Shown here in pieces: positions 26,056 through 40,511 of a stretch of 64,000 nt of DNA (positions are counted from its first letter, which is position 1; each line of letters opens with the position of its first letter). The notes under the pieces are model-generated. The model had not been told where the DNA came from and did not search any database. It saw only the letters and a list, made by a program, of their open reading frames with translations. The position numbers and the translations under genes were made by a program. The stretch is from Octopus vulgaris (lineage: Eukaryota): the NCBI GenBank assembly GCA_951406725.2, contig OX597840.1, forward strand, positions 2,294,001 to 2,358,000. Reading direction: 5' to 3'.

Positions 26056-26829
26056 TATTGCGGGGGGGAGGCTAGGAGGAATGGAAGAAGAGGCGGAGGA
26101 GGGGAGTGGAGATGGGGAGGAGGGGAGGAGAAGAGGGGAGGAGGGGAGTGAAGATGGGGAGGAGGGGAGGGAGATGGGTGAGGAGGAGGAGAAGAGGGGA
26201 CGAGGAGACGGGAAAGACGAGTGGAGGGAGAGGGGAAGACGAGTGAAGGGAGAGAGGGAAGGCGAGTGGAGGCAGAGAAGGGGACGAAGAGGAGGGAAGG
26301 AAAAAGAGGAAGAGGGGAGAGAGGAGGAAGAGGTAAGAGAGAGGAAGAAGAGGTAAGGGAGAGAAGGAAGAGGAGAGAGAAGAGGAAGAGGGAAGATAGG
26401 AGGAAGAGGAGAGAGAGATAGGTAGCAGCAACAGCAGCAGTAGTAGTAGTTGTAGTAGAAGTAGTAATGTTTAATGTTATAAACATCTATTTAGATTTGC
26501 AAATGGCGTCTACCAAAAAAAAATGCCTCTCTCTACGTTGTACGATTTAATACTATCAAGGCTAACCTTGCCAATCGCCCTTCGGGGCAAACAGGGGAAT
26601 AAAAGAATAATCAACTGCTACGGAATATCCTCTCCATTATTCTTCCTTGTACCTACCTTAAAATATTCATTAATTTACTCGTAGACTCTTCTCCAAATTT
26701 AGACTCTTGTCTAATGATTTTGGTTTTTGTGGGTTTTTTTTAATATTCCTGTTGGTTGTCTTGTTGGATGTAAAAATATCTTCTTCACTACATATCGGAA
26801 TTATAGCCATTGTTGCTCTGGGTGGCGAT

Positions 26830-26874
<45 letters not shown>

Positions 26875-27273
26875 GTGGTGGTGATGGTGATGATTATGAT
26901 GATGATGGTGGTGGCGGTGGTGGTGTTGATGGTGATGATGACGATGATGACGATGATGATGAGGATGATGATGAGGATGATGATGAGGATGATGATGAGG
27001 ATGATGATGATGAGGATGATGATGATGATGAGGATGATGATGAGGATGATGATGGTGGTGGTGGTGGTGGTGATGGTGATGATGATGATGACGAGGAAGA
27101 TGATGACGATGAAGATGATGACGATGAAGATGATGATGGTGATGATGAAGATGTTGATGGTGATGATGACGATGAAGATGATGACGATGAAGATGATGAC
27201 GATGAAGATGATGATGGTGATGATGACGATGAAGATGATGATGATGATGATGATGATGATGACGACCACGATG

Positions 27274-27332
<59 letters not shown>

Positions 27333-27575
27333 GGTGGTGATGATGATGAAGATGAAGACGATGAAGATGATGATGGTCATGATGAAGATGATGATGATGA
27401 TGACGACGAGGATTATGATGACGATGATGAAGATGATGATGGTGATGATAAAGATGATGATGGTGATGACGACGATGATGATGATGACGATGATGATTGT
27501 AGTGATGAAGATGATGATTGTGATGATGAAGATGAAGATGATGATAATGATGATGATGATGATCTTGATGATGTA
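26830..27575. repeat. (GAT)n/(GGT)n trinucleotide array
   Basis: Direct reading; source of poly-Asp/Met/His ORFs. Confidence 0.95.
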
Positions 27576-27636
27576 ATCGGTTTATACCCACCTAAATTGC
27601 TGGTATCATGGCAGAATAAAAAATGACAATGGTCGT

Positions 27637-28131
27637 TTACTTGTTTCAGTCATTTGACTGTGGCTATGCTGGAACACCGCTTTTAGTCGAGCAACTCTAC
27701 CCCGGGACTTATTCTTTGTTAGCCCAGTACTTATACTATCGGTCTCTTTTGCCGAACAGCTAAGTAACGGGGCCATAAACACGCCAGCATCGGTTGTCAA
27801 GCAATGCTAGGGGGACAAATGACTGAAGCAAATAAAAGAGTAAAGAGCAAAAAAGAGAGATATACCGTATTTGATATTGTGGTTACCGTTTTTAGAGCCA
27901 TTAAAATTGTTGTTCTCTTTACTTACTTGTTTCATTCATTTGACTGCGGCCATGCTGGAGCACCGCCTTTAATCGAGCAACTCGACCCCGGGACTTATTT
28001 TTTTGTAAGCCCAGTACTTATTCTATCGGTCTTTTTTGCCGAACCGCTAAGTAACGGGGACAAAAACACACCAGCATCGGTTGTCAAGCAATGCTAGGGG
28101 AACAAACACAGACACACAAACACACACACGC

Positions 28132-28170
<39 letters not shown>

Positions 28171-28327
28171 TACGACGGGCTTCTTTCAGTTTCCGTCTAC
28201 CAAATCCACTCACAAGGCTTTGGTCGGCCCGAAGTTATAGTAGAATACACTTGCCCAAGGTGCCACGCAGTGGGACTGAACCCGGAACCATGTGGTTGGT
28301 AAACAAGCTACTTACCACACAGCCACT
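27637..28327 (-). mobile_element. SINE family A: 3' half-copy ending in a short inverted tail (27637-27850), plus a near-full copy (27918-28327)
   Basis: Family A tail and head sequences. Confidence 0.88.
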
Positions 28328-28711
28328 TAATATTCCCGCTGATGATATCGATGATGTGATTTCTTGCTGACCGTATCACTTTCGATCACGTTGTTCCCCG
28401 TTGTAGACATTATCGACCCCGTCGTTGTTTTGTCGATGTTGTTATTGAGTTCTTGATATTAAGGCTTTTTGTTGATCTTCCTAATGTTGCCGAAGCTAGC
28501 CATAGTGTTTATTTCTTGCAGAGATATTGATCATGTTGTTGCAGTCGTTGTTATTGATGTTGATCGTACATCCATTGTTTGTCACCAGTTCAAAATCGAT
28601 TGATCAAAGCCATAATCTTAAATATACAAGCAGTGTCCATCCCTTCGAAATTGCGCTAACTCCTATATATAACCAGACCATATTATTCTAAACGCTGTTG
28701 TTTACACACCT

Positions 28712-29040
28712 CCTTTACTCTTTTACTTGTTTCAGTCATTTGACTGCGGCCATGCCGGAGCAACACCTTTAGTCGAGCAAATTACCCCGGGACTTATTCT
28801 TTGTAAGCCTAGTACTTATTCTATCGGTCTCAGAAACAGACACACAAACACACACAGACATATATATACACATATATACGACAGGCTTCTTTCAGTTTCC
28901 GTCTACCAAATCCACTCACAAGGCTTTGGTCGGCCCGACTCTATAGTAGAAAACATTTGTCCACATGCCACGCAGCGGAACTGAACCCGGAACCATGTGG
29001 TTGGTAAGCAAGCTACTTACCACACAGCCACTCCTACGCC
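28712..29040 (-). mobile_element. SINE family A, internally deleted
   Basis: Tail and head present; the GCCGAACCGCT...GGGGACA segment is missing. Confidence 0.87.
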
Positions 29041-29159
29041 TGAATATATATGCCCGAATATATACCTGAATATATAATTATAGTTTCGATGGGAAGGGTT
29101 TGATTCCAGTTTCCACATCACTGCAACGTAAATTGTTTCCGTGCTCCTTGAATTAACTA

Positions 29160-29650
29160 TAGGATAGCTGCGTTGTTAAAAAGCTCGCTTCGTAAATTTG
29201 TGGTTTCAGGTTCATTCCCTTTGTGGATCATATTGGCCAAGAGTATTTTTTTATCGCCTTCGACCTAACTAATGACAAGTGAGTGAATTTCATAGAGGGA
29301 AACTATGTGGAAACCCGTTGTGAATAAAATCGCCCCCAGGACTTATTCTTTGTCAGCCTGATACTTATTCTATCGGTCTCTTTTTGTCGAACAGATAAGT
29401 TACAGGGATACAAACACACTAACATCGGTTGTCAAGCGATGGTAGGAGAACAAACACAGACACAAAGACACATAAACTTATATACATATAAATATGACAG
29501 GATTCTTTCAGTTTCCCTCTACCAAATCAACCCACAAGTCTTTGGTCGGCCCGAGGCTATACTAGAAGACACTTGCCAAGATGCCACGCTGTGAGATTGA
29601 ACCCGGCACCATCTGGTTGTGAAGCAAGCTTCTTGTCACAGAGGCACGTG
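29160..29650. mobile_element. Diverged SINE family A copies (plus-strand head ~29160-29320, minus-strand copy ~29330-29650)
   Basis: Family A motifs on both strands. Confidence 0.75.
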
Positions 29651-29879
29651 TATAATTATATATATATATATATATAGTAAGCAATAAAGGGTTTGGCAAC
29701 GAATTGCCTTACCACATACCGAATTTAGAAATAGCAGTCAAAGAGTTATAGCTATTTCTTGGTGTAATTGATAATTATTCCAAATTAATTAATTTCACCC
29801 TTCATTATTACGGATTATATATATATATATATATATAACGTACACACACACTTCATACACAAACATACATGTACATATA

Positions 29880-29925
29880 GATATATAGATATAGACAGAT
29901 AGATAGAGTTAGATAGATAGATAGG

Positions 29926-29976
<51 letters not shown>

Positions 29977-30035
29977 ATAGAAAGACAGATAGATAGATAG
30001 ATATAAACAAATAGAGATAGATAGATAGATAGATT

Positions 30036-30108
<73 letters not shown>

Positions 30109-30145
30109 ATAGATGACAGATAGATAGATAGATATAAACAAATAG

Positions 30146-30207
<62 letters not shown>

Positions 30208-30259
30208 ATAGAAAGACAGATAGATAGATAGATATAAACAAATAGAGATAGATAGATTT

Positions 30260-30335
<76 letters not shown>
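29880..30335. repeat. (GATA)n array with repeated higher-order interruptions
   Basis: GATATAAACAAATAGAGATAG occurs three times within the array. Confidence 0.93.
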
Positions 30336-30336
<1 letters not shown>

Positions 30337-30377
30337 ATAAAGTACAAAGAATTTTTTCAGATTTCTTTCTTAGTATA

Positions 30378-30790
30378 GGCGCAGGAGTGGCTGTGTGGTA
30401 AGTAGCTTGCTAACCAACCACATGGTTCCGGGTTCAGTCCCACTGCGTGGCATCTTGGGCAAATGTCTTCTGCTATAGCCCCGGGCCGACCAATGCCTTG
30501 TGAGTGGATTTGGTAGACGGAAGCTGAAAGAAGCCTGTCGTATATATGTATGTATATATATATATGTGTGTGTTTGTGTGTCTGTGTTTGTCCCCCTAGC
30601 ATTGCTTGACAACAGATGCTGGTGTGTTTACGTCCCCGTCACTTAGCGGTTCGGCAAAAGAGACCGATAGAATAAGTACTGGGCTTACAAAGAATAAGTC
30701 CCGGGGTCGATTTGCTCGACTAAAAAAAGGCGGTGCTCCAGGATGGCCGCAGTCAAACGACTGAAACAAGTAAAAGAGTAAAAGAGTAAA
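30378..30790 (+). mobile_element. SINE family A, full length
   Basis: GGCGCAGGAGTGGCTGTGTGG through GACTGAAACAAG(TAAAAGAG)n. Confidence 0.93.
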
Positions 30791-31399
30791 TGAGAGTGTT
30801 GTCAATCTTCACCTTTACCATGAAATCTAAAACGACAGTGGTTGTTATCTGGGTTTTTTCCCTCCCTTTTCCCTGCATATGGTCTTGCAGAATACATCAA
30901 ACCACTGGGCCATAATCTCTCCTTTTCTTTTTTCTTTATAGCGTCAGCCTCTTTACGTTCTTGGTATGCCTAGTTATCGCCCAACTGGCAAGTGAGTTGT
31001 CACGACTAAACTAACTTAACATGGATGATCATCTATCAATTTTTATCTAATAATGGATTGTGTAAGATTTTAACAGTGAACTGATAAAAATTTAACATGG
31101 ATAAAAGTTGTAAATTTACTTTATACCTTGCAAGTTAATGGTTTCCCTGTGGCTGATAAGATCTCATGTTATTTTAATAACACTAACAGGTTTTAACATG
31201 AATAATATAATGAAAAATATTCGAAATATTTCGGAGGTTAATTAAGTTATCTCACCGCACAAACATCGTCCTCTAAAGCCTAATACCATTGCGACATTCT
31301 CAGGAAACCTTTGGGGGTGATAGTGGCAACGCTGAGGATCTCTGCATGAAACAATATCTCATTATATAATTTACACATGCAGGTTACAGTTTGTGATAG

Positions 31400-31881
31400 G
31401 TTTGTGTTTATGTCCCCGTCACTTAGCGGTTCGGCAAAACAGACCGATAGAATAAGTACTGGGCTAACAACGAATAAGTGCCGGGGTCGAGTTGCTCGAT
31501 TAAAGGCGGTGCTCCAGCATGGCCGCAGTCAAATGACTGAAACAAATAAAAGGGTAAAGAGTAAAAAAGAGAGATGGATGGAAGCACTCCGTCGGTTACG
31601 ACGACGAGGGTTCCGGTTGATCCGATCAACGGAACAGCCTGCTCGTGAAATTAACGTGTAAGTGGCTGAGCACTCCACAGACACGTGTACCCTTAACGTA
31701 GTTCTCGGGGATATTCAGCGTGACACAGAAAGTGACAAGGCCGGCCCTTTGAAATACAGGTACAACAGAAACAGGAAGTAAGAGTGAGAGAAAGTTGTGG
31801 TGAAAGAGTACAGCAGGGATCACCACCATCCCTGCCGGAGCCTCGTGGAGCTTTAGGTATTTTCGCTCAATAAACACTCAC
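31400..31881. mobile_element. SINE A 3' half (+, 31400-31570), tail-to-tail with a headless SINE C tail-1 copy (-, 31580-31881)
   Basis: Matches 30620-30790 and 39227-39530. Confidence 0.88.
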
Positions 31882-32164
31882 TATTTCTTGCAGATGAAGT
31901 CATCTACGTAGTAGAAGGTGGGTCAGTGAGTTAGGAAGATGACATGACATACTATGTCATGTGACCCAGTATGAAGACGCTGAAATAGGTTAATGCTCAC
32001 TTATGACAATAATAAACGATATTTATTTCACAATGAAAATAATAATAATAATATTAAATACAATATTTTCTTCAACCGTAAATAGATTTATATGAATACA
32101 TCAAACGTAATTCCATTGATCTAGCAGGTTGTGTGCATATGTATTAGCATATACATACATATAC

Positions 32165-32201
<37 letters not shown>

Positions 32202-32409
32202 AATATATGTGTGTATATATATCCATAAATAGAAGCATGCATGTATATAAATCACTTTCATATATAAGGAAATGCACAATGATAATAACGTCTTTATGTA
32301 CATACACACACATATATATATACACACATACACATGCGCGTGTGAACGTGTGTATAAATATTATTTATATCTACTCGAGAATGCATTAAGAGAGTAACGT
32401 GTTTATATG

Positions 32410-32461
<52 letters not shown>

Positions 32462-32559
32462 TATATATTTATATATGAATTACATATAATAGTTTCTGTA
32501 TTATCTATTTATAATAGTTTATTCACGTGTGTGTGTTCGTGTGTGTGTATGCATATATG

Positions 32560-32596
<37 letters not shown>

Positions 32597-32678
32597 GCAT
32601 CTATATATATAAATATATATATATGTATGTATATATATATATATATATATATGTTTGTATGTATATATGTATGTATAC

Positions 32679-32713
<35 letters not shown>

Positions 32714-32869
32714 TGGGGAGAGAGAAAGACAGGGAGTAGAAGACGTAGAGAAAATTATTTTATATATATATTATTGTTAATAACAACTAAAACGGAGACA
32801 AATGCAACATCAGCCGCACCAACAACACCTCCACAGCTACTACCACCACCAATAACAAAACAACAACCA

Positions 32870-32995
32870 TAATAATAATAATAATGATAATAATATTATT
32901 ATTATTAATAATAATAATAATAATAACAATAATAATAATAACAAAATAATAATAATAATAATAATAATAATGATATGATGATAATAATAATAATG

Positions 32996-33036
<41 letters not shown>

Positions 33037-33237
33037 TATAATAATAATAATATTATTGATTATAATAATAAAAAATAATGATTGTAATAATAATAATAAT
33101 AACAATAATAACAATAATAATAATTATAATAATAAAGATAATAATAATAATAGTAATAATAATAATAATATTATAATAATAAAAATAATGATTGTATAAT
33201 AATAATAAAATAACAATAATAATAATAAATAATAAAG

Positions 33238-33285
<48 letters not shown>

Positions 33286-33320
33286 GTAATAATAATAATA
33301 ATGATAGTAATAATAATAAT

Positions 33321-33361
<41 letters not shown>

Positions 33362-33380
33362 TGATGATGTTGATGATGAT
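32870..33380. repeat. (AAT)n microsatellite array
   Basis: Direct reading. Confidence 0.95.
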
Positions 33381-33565
33381 TATAATACGTATACACCTAA
33401 TAACAAACACAACTGTATTTAATATGGGGAGAGATTTTCATTACTTTTATATCTTCACGAATTAAATGGCACATGAATGTACACACATACACGCAAAGAA
33501 ACACACGCACAAACATATATACATACATACATATATTCATACACATTTATTAATATATAGAAACC

Positions 33566-33605
<40 letters not shown>

Positions 33606-33830
33606 TGCATATATATATATATATATACACACACATATATATATGCATGTATGTATGTATGTATATATATATATATATATGTATAAATGTATGTATGTAT
33701 GTATGTATGTATGTATACAAACACATACCGAAACAGAGACAGACACAGATAGAGATGAGTAGATACATGTAGATATAAATACATAGACAAATATATTTTT
33801 AAACATACATACATACATACATATATTTAA

Positions 33831-33861
<31 letters not shown>

Positions 33862-33909
33862 AATATATATATATATATTCATGTATGTGTGTATGAGTGC
33901 GTGTGTGCT

Positions 33910-33988
<79 letters not shown>

Positions 33989-35282
33989 ATAGGAGAATAT
34001 GTGTATAAAAAAGACTTGGGACAATAAAGTATATGACATAATATGCATCAAGTGAGGAGTGATTGTCATTGACGGATTGTCTTTAGTGAAATATTTTAGC
34101 ATCAGTTGGTGTAAATAACAATATTAACAATAGGCTCAAAAAGGATAAACAACCGTAATAAGTGCATCATTAGTCGCACCACGGCTGTAGCAATCGTCAC
34201 AGATATAAGGCGGCCATTACTATAAGTAACATCATCGCCGCCCCCAACAACAGCACCACAGCAATGATCGCAAGCTCTACCACTACTACTACTACTACTA
34301 AGAAGAAGGCTGCCAGCACTACCACCACCACTACTACTACTACCAGTACTATTACTTCTACTACCAGTAAGAACATTACTACAGCTATCACAACCGCTAC
34401 AAATGCTCCAACGAACTTGTACGCCACCAATCATCAGTCACATAAGCACTACTACCGCAACTGCCATAAACACAGCTTTCGGCCGTCCCCGTATCAGCGC
34501 CATCATTATCACGGTCGTTTTTAAAATCGCCGCCATCAACATATTCACAATAATAACAGTAATTAACCCAGTACAAGCGTTTTATCTACAAATACAACTG
34601 CTACCGTAATTACAAGTGCGTTAACAATAGCAACAATAACAAATAGAAGTTCAACCCCTGGAACTACAACAATAATCAGGGATAGAGATGAAGAAAAACA
34701 GCAACAGGGAAGAACATTAGAAACGACGATAAAAACGAAAACAACAGCCGTAGCCACCACGATAGCAAGTACATCAACGAAATCAAAACACACTACAACA
34801 ATGATAGAAACGACAACAACTGTACTATTATAATCTACGAGAAAACAACAACAAGTGAAAGAAGAATGGTTTTAAAAGCTTCATTAAAAGTTACAACAAA
34901 AACAACTATAACGACACAACTATCAACAACAACAAGAAAAATGACAGCTGAAGAGAGTATATTAACGAAAACAACAACAATATCAGCACGAATAGGAACC
35001 ACTACATTAATGATAATGCTGTAACTACTAACAGAAGCATCATTACAACGATTGCTGCCATCCTCACCGACAACCAGTACCATCAGCAGCAGCAGCACCA
35101 TAAGGAATAAACAACTACAACAACAACAATAATTATTCCCCGCCACTACCTTCACGTCGTATAACAACCATTTAGGGATGTGTTTATATTTATAACTAAA
35201 TAGCTTATTTTATAGTATGAAATAGACCGTGCAATATTCGTATATAAATACGAGAGAGAGAGAAAGAATGTGTGTATATGTG

Positions 35283-35337
<55 letters not shown>

Positions 35338-35568
35338 GCATAAGTGAGTGTATGCGTTCGTGCGTTTGTGTGAGTGTTTATCTGTCTATGTGTCTGTACG
35401 TCTGTGTGTGCTCGCGTGTGTTTCTGAATGTATAAGTAAGACTATTATGGAAAATATGACAAAAGCAAAATGGCGAACATCAGTGACTAAATAGCCACAT
35501 TTATGGCGTCTAATAGAGTGCAAAATGGCACTTGCATTGTTTTCTGAAGACTATATAAATATCAATAT

Positions 35569-35641
<73 letters not shown>

Positions 35642-35729
35642 TGTATGTATGTATGTATGTATGTATGTATGTATATATATATATATATATATATATAGAT
35701 ATATATAGATGTATGTATGTATGTATGTA

Positions 35730-35773
<44 letters not shown>

Positions 35774-35888
35774 TATGTGTGTAAGTATGTATGCATAATT
35801 ATGTATTTATATCTCTCTCTCGTTCTCTCTTTATATACATATATGTAAATATATACAGAAATTAGTAACTAAATATACACACACATGC

Positions 35889-35930
<42 letters not shown>

Positions 35931-36320
35931 GAGGGAGTTTGCGTATGGATGGCAGTGTTTGTGAATGTGCATGTATATAGGGGCTGGTATGTACGATTAC
36001 GCTCGTATGCCTGTATGATTATGTGATGCATATCTGAGTTTCGAGTGTATATAAGTGTATGTGTGAGTGTATTTACATTGGTTAATAGTTTTAATATATC
36101 GATGCAGGATGGTATTATAAATACGGTTTCTAAATGCCCACTATACACACAGTGAATTAGCCACACTCAAACGTATGTATATAGATATATAGATACTTAC
36201 ATACGCATTGATACACAGACACACACGCTCACACACTTATGCATATATATATATATATATATATATGAATATATCTCTATCTATCTAAATATCTATATAT
36301 TTATACATATATTTTTATGC

Positions 36321-36357
<37 letters not shown>

Positions 36358-36580
36358 GCATCCATATGTGTATATTTATGTGTATGAATGTTTGAAGTGT
36401 GTATGTGTCCGTGCGTGTGTATAGGTGTGTTGTATAAATACCGTTTAATGTTTGCTCTTGTACGTAATGTACACAATTTGATCATTTAGCTCTCATAAGT
36501 AGTTACATATATATACAGATGGTTTATTTCTCACGCAATTTCTCTCACTCTCCCGTTTTCTACCTATATTTTGCATATAT

Positions 36581-36725
<145 letters not shown>

Positions 36726-37272
36726 TGTAACTATGTATGTATACATATATATACATTCAAATATATATATATATATATACATGCATGCATGTATATATAT
36801 ATGTGTCTATATGTCCATATATATATGATTCATACATATTTATATGTGTGTATATGTGTATATATATATGATGCATACATATTTATTATATGTATATATC
36901 TATGTATGCTTATGTAAACATTTATGTTCGTAATATAATTTTTAATTCTTTTTTATTTGTAAAGATATATATATACATATGTGCGCGCGCCTGTATGTGC
37001 GTGTATACGGATGTATATAGGCGTATGTGCAATATATATTTGTATAAAGAGAGAAAGACACTGAGGGAGAGACATATAAATAAATAAATGGGGAAAACTG
37101 GTCTATAATCATAGATAAAATTTGATATGTAATTGTGTAGAGATACACACGCGCAGACACACACACACAAACACACAAACACACACACACAAACACACGC
37201 AGACAGATACACACACAAACAAGCTGATAGGAAAAAGAGTTTGTGAGAGAGAAAAATGTATAGATATAGATA

Positions 37273-37338
<66 letters not shown>

Positions 37339-37414
37339 TCGAGAGAGCCAGAGAGAGTGAGAGAGAGAAGGTTAGATAGATAGATATATAGATAGATGGA
37401 TAGATAGATAGATC

Positions 37415-37459
<45 letters not shown>

Positions 37460-37793
37460 GTAGACGGATAGATAGTTCGATTGATTGGTAAATAAATGGA
37501 TCGATCGAAGTCCATATAAATAGATATACAACCAGGCAGACGCAAAGGTACGTATATAGTGAAATAGATGCTTCATGAATTACATAGTGTTTAAACACGT
37601 TACTTTCTAGCAAAAATTGGAGGTAGATGGGAAACAATAATTATGCACTCGTATCTATGTATGTTTGTATGCATGTATGTATATATATAAATATATATAT
37701 ATATATACACATATATATGTGTGTATATACGTGTGTATATATGTGTATATATATATATATGTATACACACACATATATCTATCTATATATCTA

Positions 37794-37826
<33 letters not shown>

Positions 37827-38040
37827 ATTCGTGTATTGCTTTTCAACCTTATATATGAATATATATATATATATATATATATTTAGTTCTAGGTAAATAT
37901 TTTATCGTATCTTTAATTTTTCTGTATATAGTATGATTTAATTTTATCATCATTGTTGAACTGCTACATGGTGAATCTTCTCTAATTTATATACATACGT
38001 ACACACATATATATATACATATATATATATAAATATATAA

Positions 38041-38122
<82 letters not shown>

Positions 38123-38290
38123 ATTAGAGATAAAACCACTATTAGGCAAATCAAACAATGAAAAACTTAAGCCAATACATAAAATTAATTAATTTATATT
38201 ATTTTAAATATATATATATATATATATATATATACGGAGATGTACTCGCATAGCAAGTAATTTGATCCGAGATCGTGTGCTGAAACGAAA

Positions 38291-38574
38291 ACAATTGCAG
38301 CGTGGAAGGTGTTTATAAGCCATTTAAGAAACACACAAAAGCCGTTCGATTCACTTCAACATTTAAGTTTAATTTGTCAAAATATTTTCGTCGCTTTAAG
38401 ACCGCAACCTGTTCCCTGACAAAGTCCGTGCTGCATCTCGGACTTTGTCAGTGAACAGGTCGCGGATTTTAGCGACAAAAATATTTTGACAAATTAAACT
38501 TAAATGTTGAAGTGAATCGAACGGCTTTTGTGTGTTTCTTAAATGGCTTATAAACACCTTCCACGCTGCAATTG

Positions 38575-38575
<1 letters not shown>
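38291..38575. repeat. Near-perfect fold-back (arms 38291-38428 and 38439-38575) inserted in (TA)n; probable inverted Penelope-like terminus
   Basis: ACAATTGCAGCGTGGAAGG...AAAGTCCG / CGGACTTT...CCTTCCACGCTGCAATTGT; each arm carries a hammerhead-like motif. Confidence 0.92.
38444..38493 (+). ncRNA. Type-I hammerhead-like motif with G3-C8 core (mirror copy at 38373-38423, minus strand)
   Basis: Consensus of the two arms: TTTGTCA-GTGAACA-g-GTCGC loop GCGAC-GAAA-ATAT-TT-TGACAAA. 7-bp stem I, 5-bp stem II, palindromic stem III AATATT. Confidence 0.6.
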
Positions 38576-38615
<40 letters not shown>

Positions 38616-38616
38616 A

Positions 38617-38915
38617 GCTGATCGTTGTCTCGCCCTTATGCCGTGTTTGACCACCTCCTGAACCATTCATGTCTTCGCAAATGAGATTTGAGCCCAGCAA
38701 AACGAAAACATGATCTGTCACAAACTGTGCACCCTAAAACTTCATCGTGATTTCCCTTCTCCATCCTAACATTCCTCTTCAAATATCTCTCGAGTCTTGC
38801 ATTCGTTATCCCGTCCTCTTCAAACGCTCTTACTCCACTCCACATTTTTGTTCGCTATATAAGTCGATCCGAAGCAATGGTTTCTATGTCTTCTGAATCC
38901 ATTCAAAGTGACTTC
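38617..38915 (-). mobile_element. RTE-clade LINE 3' end
   Basis: IETIASDRLI*RTKMWSGVRAFEE, then C-terminal zinc finger CTVCDRSC...GLKSHLRRH, short 3' UTR into (TA)n. Confidence 0.78.
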
Positions 38916-38989
38916 ATATATATATATATATAAATATATATTCTGCGTTCCTTCTACTAAGTAAAGCCCTTAATCCATATATGCACCAT

Positions 38990-39200
38990 ACTCTACGCCA
39001 GAGTATGACCGTACATTGATCCCAGATTAAAATAAGGGAATCCAGAAGAATAGCATTAAGTGGACACATCGACATTTGCGGCATAAACGAACAACCCGAC
39101 TTTAAAATACTCCCTTCTAAAAATTGAGGGACAATGCAACCTATAATCATTAACAAAGAGTCATATTTTATCACAAAATATAAACCGATTTTGAATGCTT
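38990..39200 (+). mobile_element. GIY-YIG endonuclease C-terminal relic of a second Penelope-like family
   Basis: TLRQSMTVH*SQI...RRIALSGHIDIC...FKILP...KESYFITKYKPILN, read in one frame through two stops. Confidence 0.7.
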
Positions 39201-39226
39201 TCACCACGGATGACACATTGGATTTT

Positions 39227-39610
39227 GGAAGCACTCCGTCGGTTACGACGACGAGGGTTCCGGTTGATCCGAATCAACGGAACAGCCTGCTCGTGAAATT
39301 TACGTGTAAGTGGCTGAGCACTCCACAGACACGTGCACCCTCAACGTAGTTCTCGGGGATATTCAGCGTGACACAGAGAGTGAAAAGGCCGGCCATTTGA
39401 AATACAGGTACAACAGAAACAGGAAGTAAGAGTGAGAGAAAGTTGTGGTGAAAGAGTAGAGCAGGGGTCGCCACCATCCCCTGCCGGAGCCTCGTGGAGC
39501 TTTTTAGGTATTTTCGCTCAATAAACACTCACAACGCCCGGTCTGGGAATCGAAACCGCAATCCTATGACCGCGAGTCCGCTGCCCAAACCACTGAGCCA
39601 TTGCGCCTCC
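39227..39610 (-). mobile_element. SINE family C with tail 1 and a 13-bp target-site duplication
   Basis: Full head, body and tail; CCACGGATGACAC at 39204-39216 and 39609-39621. Confidence 0.92.
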
Positions 39611-39777
39611 ACGGATGACACTACTACTAGGATCTAAGAATAATACCGGCGCAAATATTAAAAACGATAGATATATTCAGAATAGTCGCTACCAATGGAT
39701 TTATTTAGAACAATTCCAACCGTTACTGCTACAACCACAACAGGTCACTTTTAGGAGACTTGACTACTAAAGAAGGT

Positions 39778-40162
39778 GGAGGCGCAATGGCCTAGTGGTT
39801 AGGGCAGCGGACTCGCGGTCATAGGATCGCGATTTCGATTCCCAGACCGGGCGTTGTGAGTGTTTATTGAACGAAAACACCAAAAAAGCTCCACGAGGCT
39901 CCGGCAGGGGATGGTGGTGATCCATGCTGTACTCTTTCACCACAACTTTCTCTCACTCTTACTTCCTGTTTCTGTTGTACCTGTATTTCAAAGGGCCGGC
40001 CTTGTCACTCTCTGTGTCACGCTGAATATCCCCGAGAACTACGTTAAGGGTGCACGTGTCTGTGGAGTGCTCAGCCACTTACACGTTAATTTCACGAGCA
40101 GGCTGTTCCGTTGAGACGGATCAACTGGAACCCTCATCGTCGTAACCGACGGAGTGCTTCCA
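39778..40162 (+). mobile_element. SINE family C with tail 1
   Basis: Inverted near-copy of 39227-39610. Confidence 0.92.
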
Positions 40163-40511
40163 TCACTACTTGTTCATACTACGCCTGTCATTTTCTTTTC
40201 TTTCTTCTTCTCCCTCTACTTTTTCGTACTTATTCTTATTCATCATCTGCTTCTCCTTCCTCTTCCTCTGCCATCTATTTATATGGTAACAATCAGCATT
40301 TCTCTGAACCCATAACTATTTCTTCAGATCTACTACTGCTATTTGATGACTATGGAAATATTTACAAAACATTGCATTTAATTTTCACTCCAAATCAATT
40401 TAATTGTTTTTATTGTTTTACCGGTACTAGACTTTACAAAATGTACTTCATGCTAAAATTGTTGTCTTTGCCTATCATCCTTTCGCGGTCGATTAAAGAA
40501 GTACTAGTGTT

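Noticed and set aside
26670-27626. Poly-Asp ORF resembling an acidic biomineralisation protein, and an antisense poly-His ORF
   Set aside because: Pure (GAT)n array open in several frames; no convincing gene structure.
34190-35165. Thr-rich mucin-like reading frames
   Set aside because: Degenerate (ACA/ACT/CAA)n low-complexity DNA with stops and frame changes.
39778-39850. SINE heads as functional tRNA genes
   Set aside because: A and B boxes are present, but acceptor and anticodon stems do not pair properly and the sequence continues into SINE bodies.
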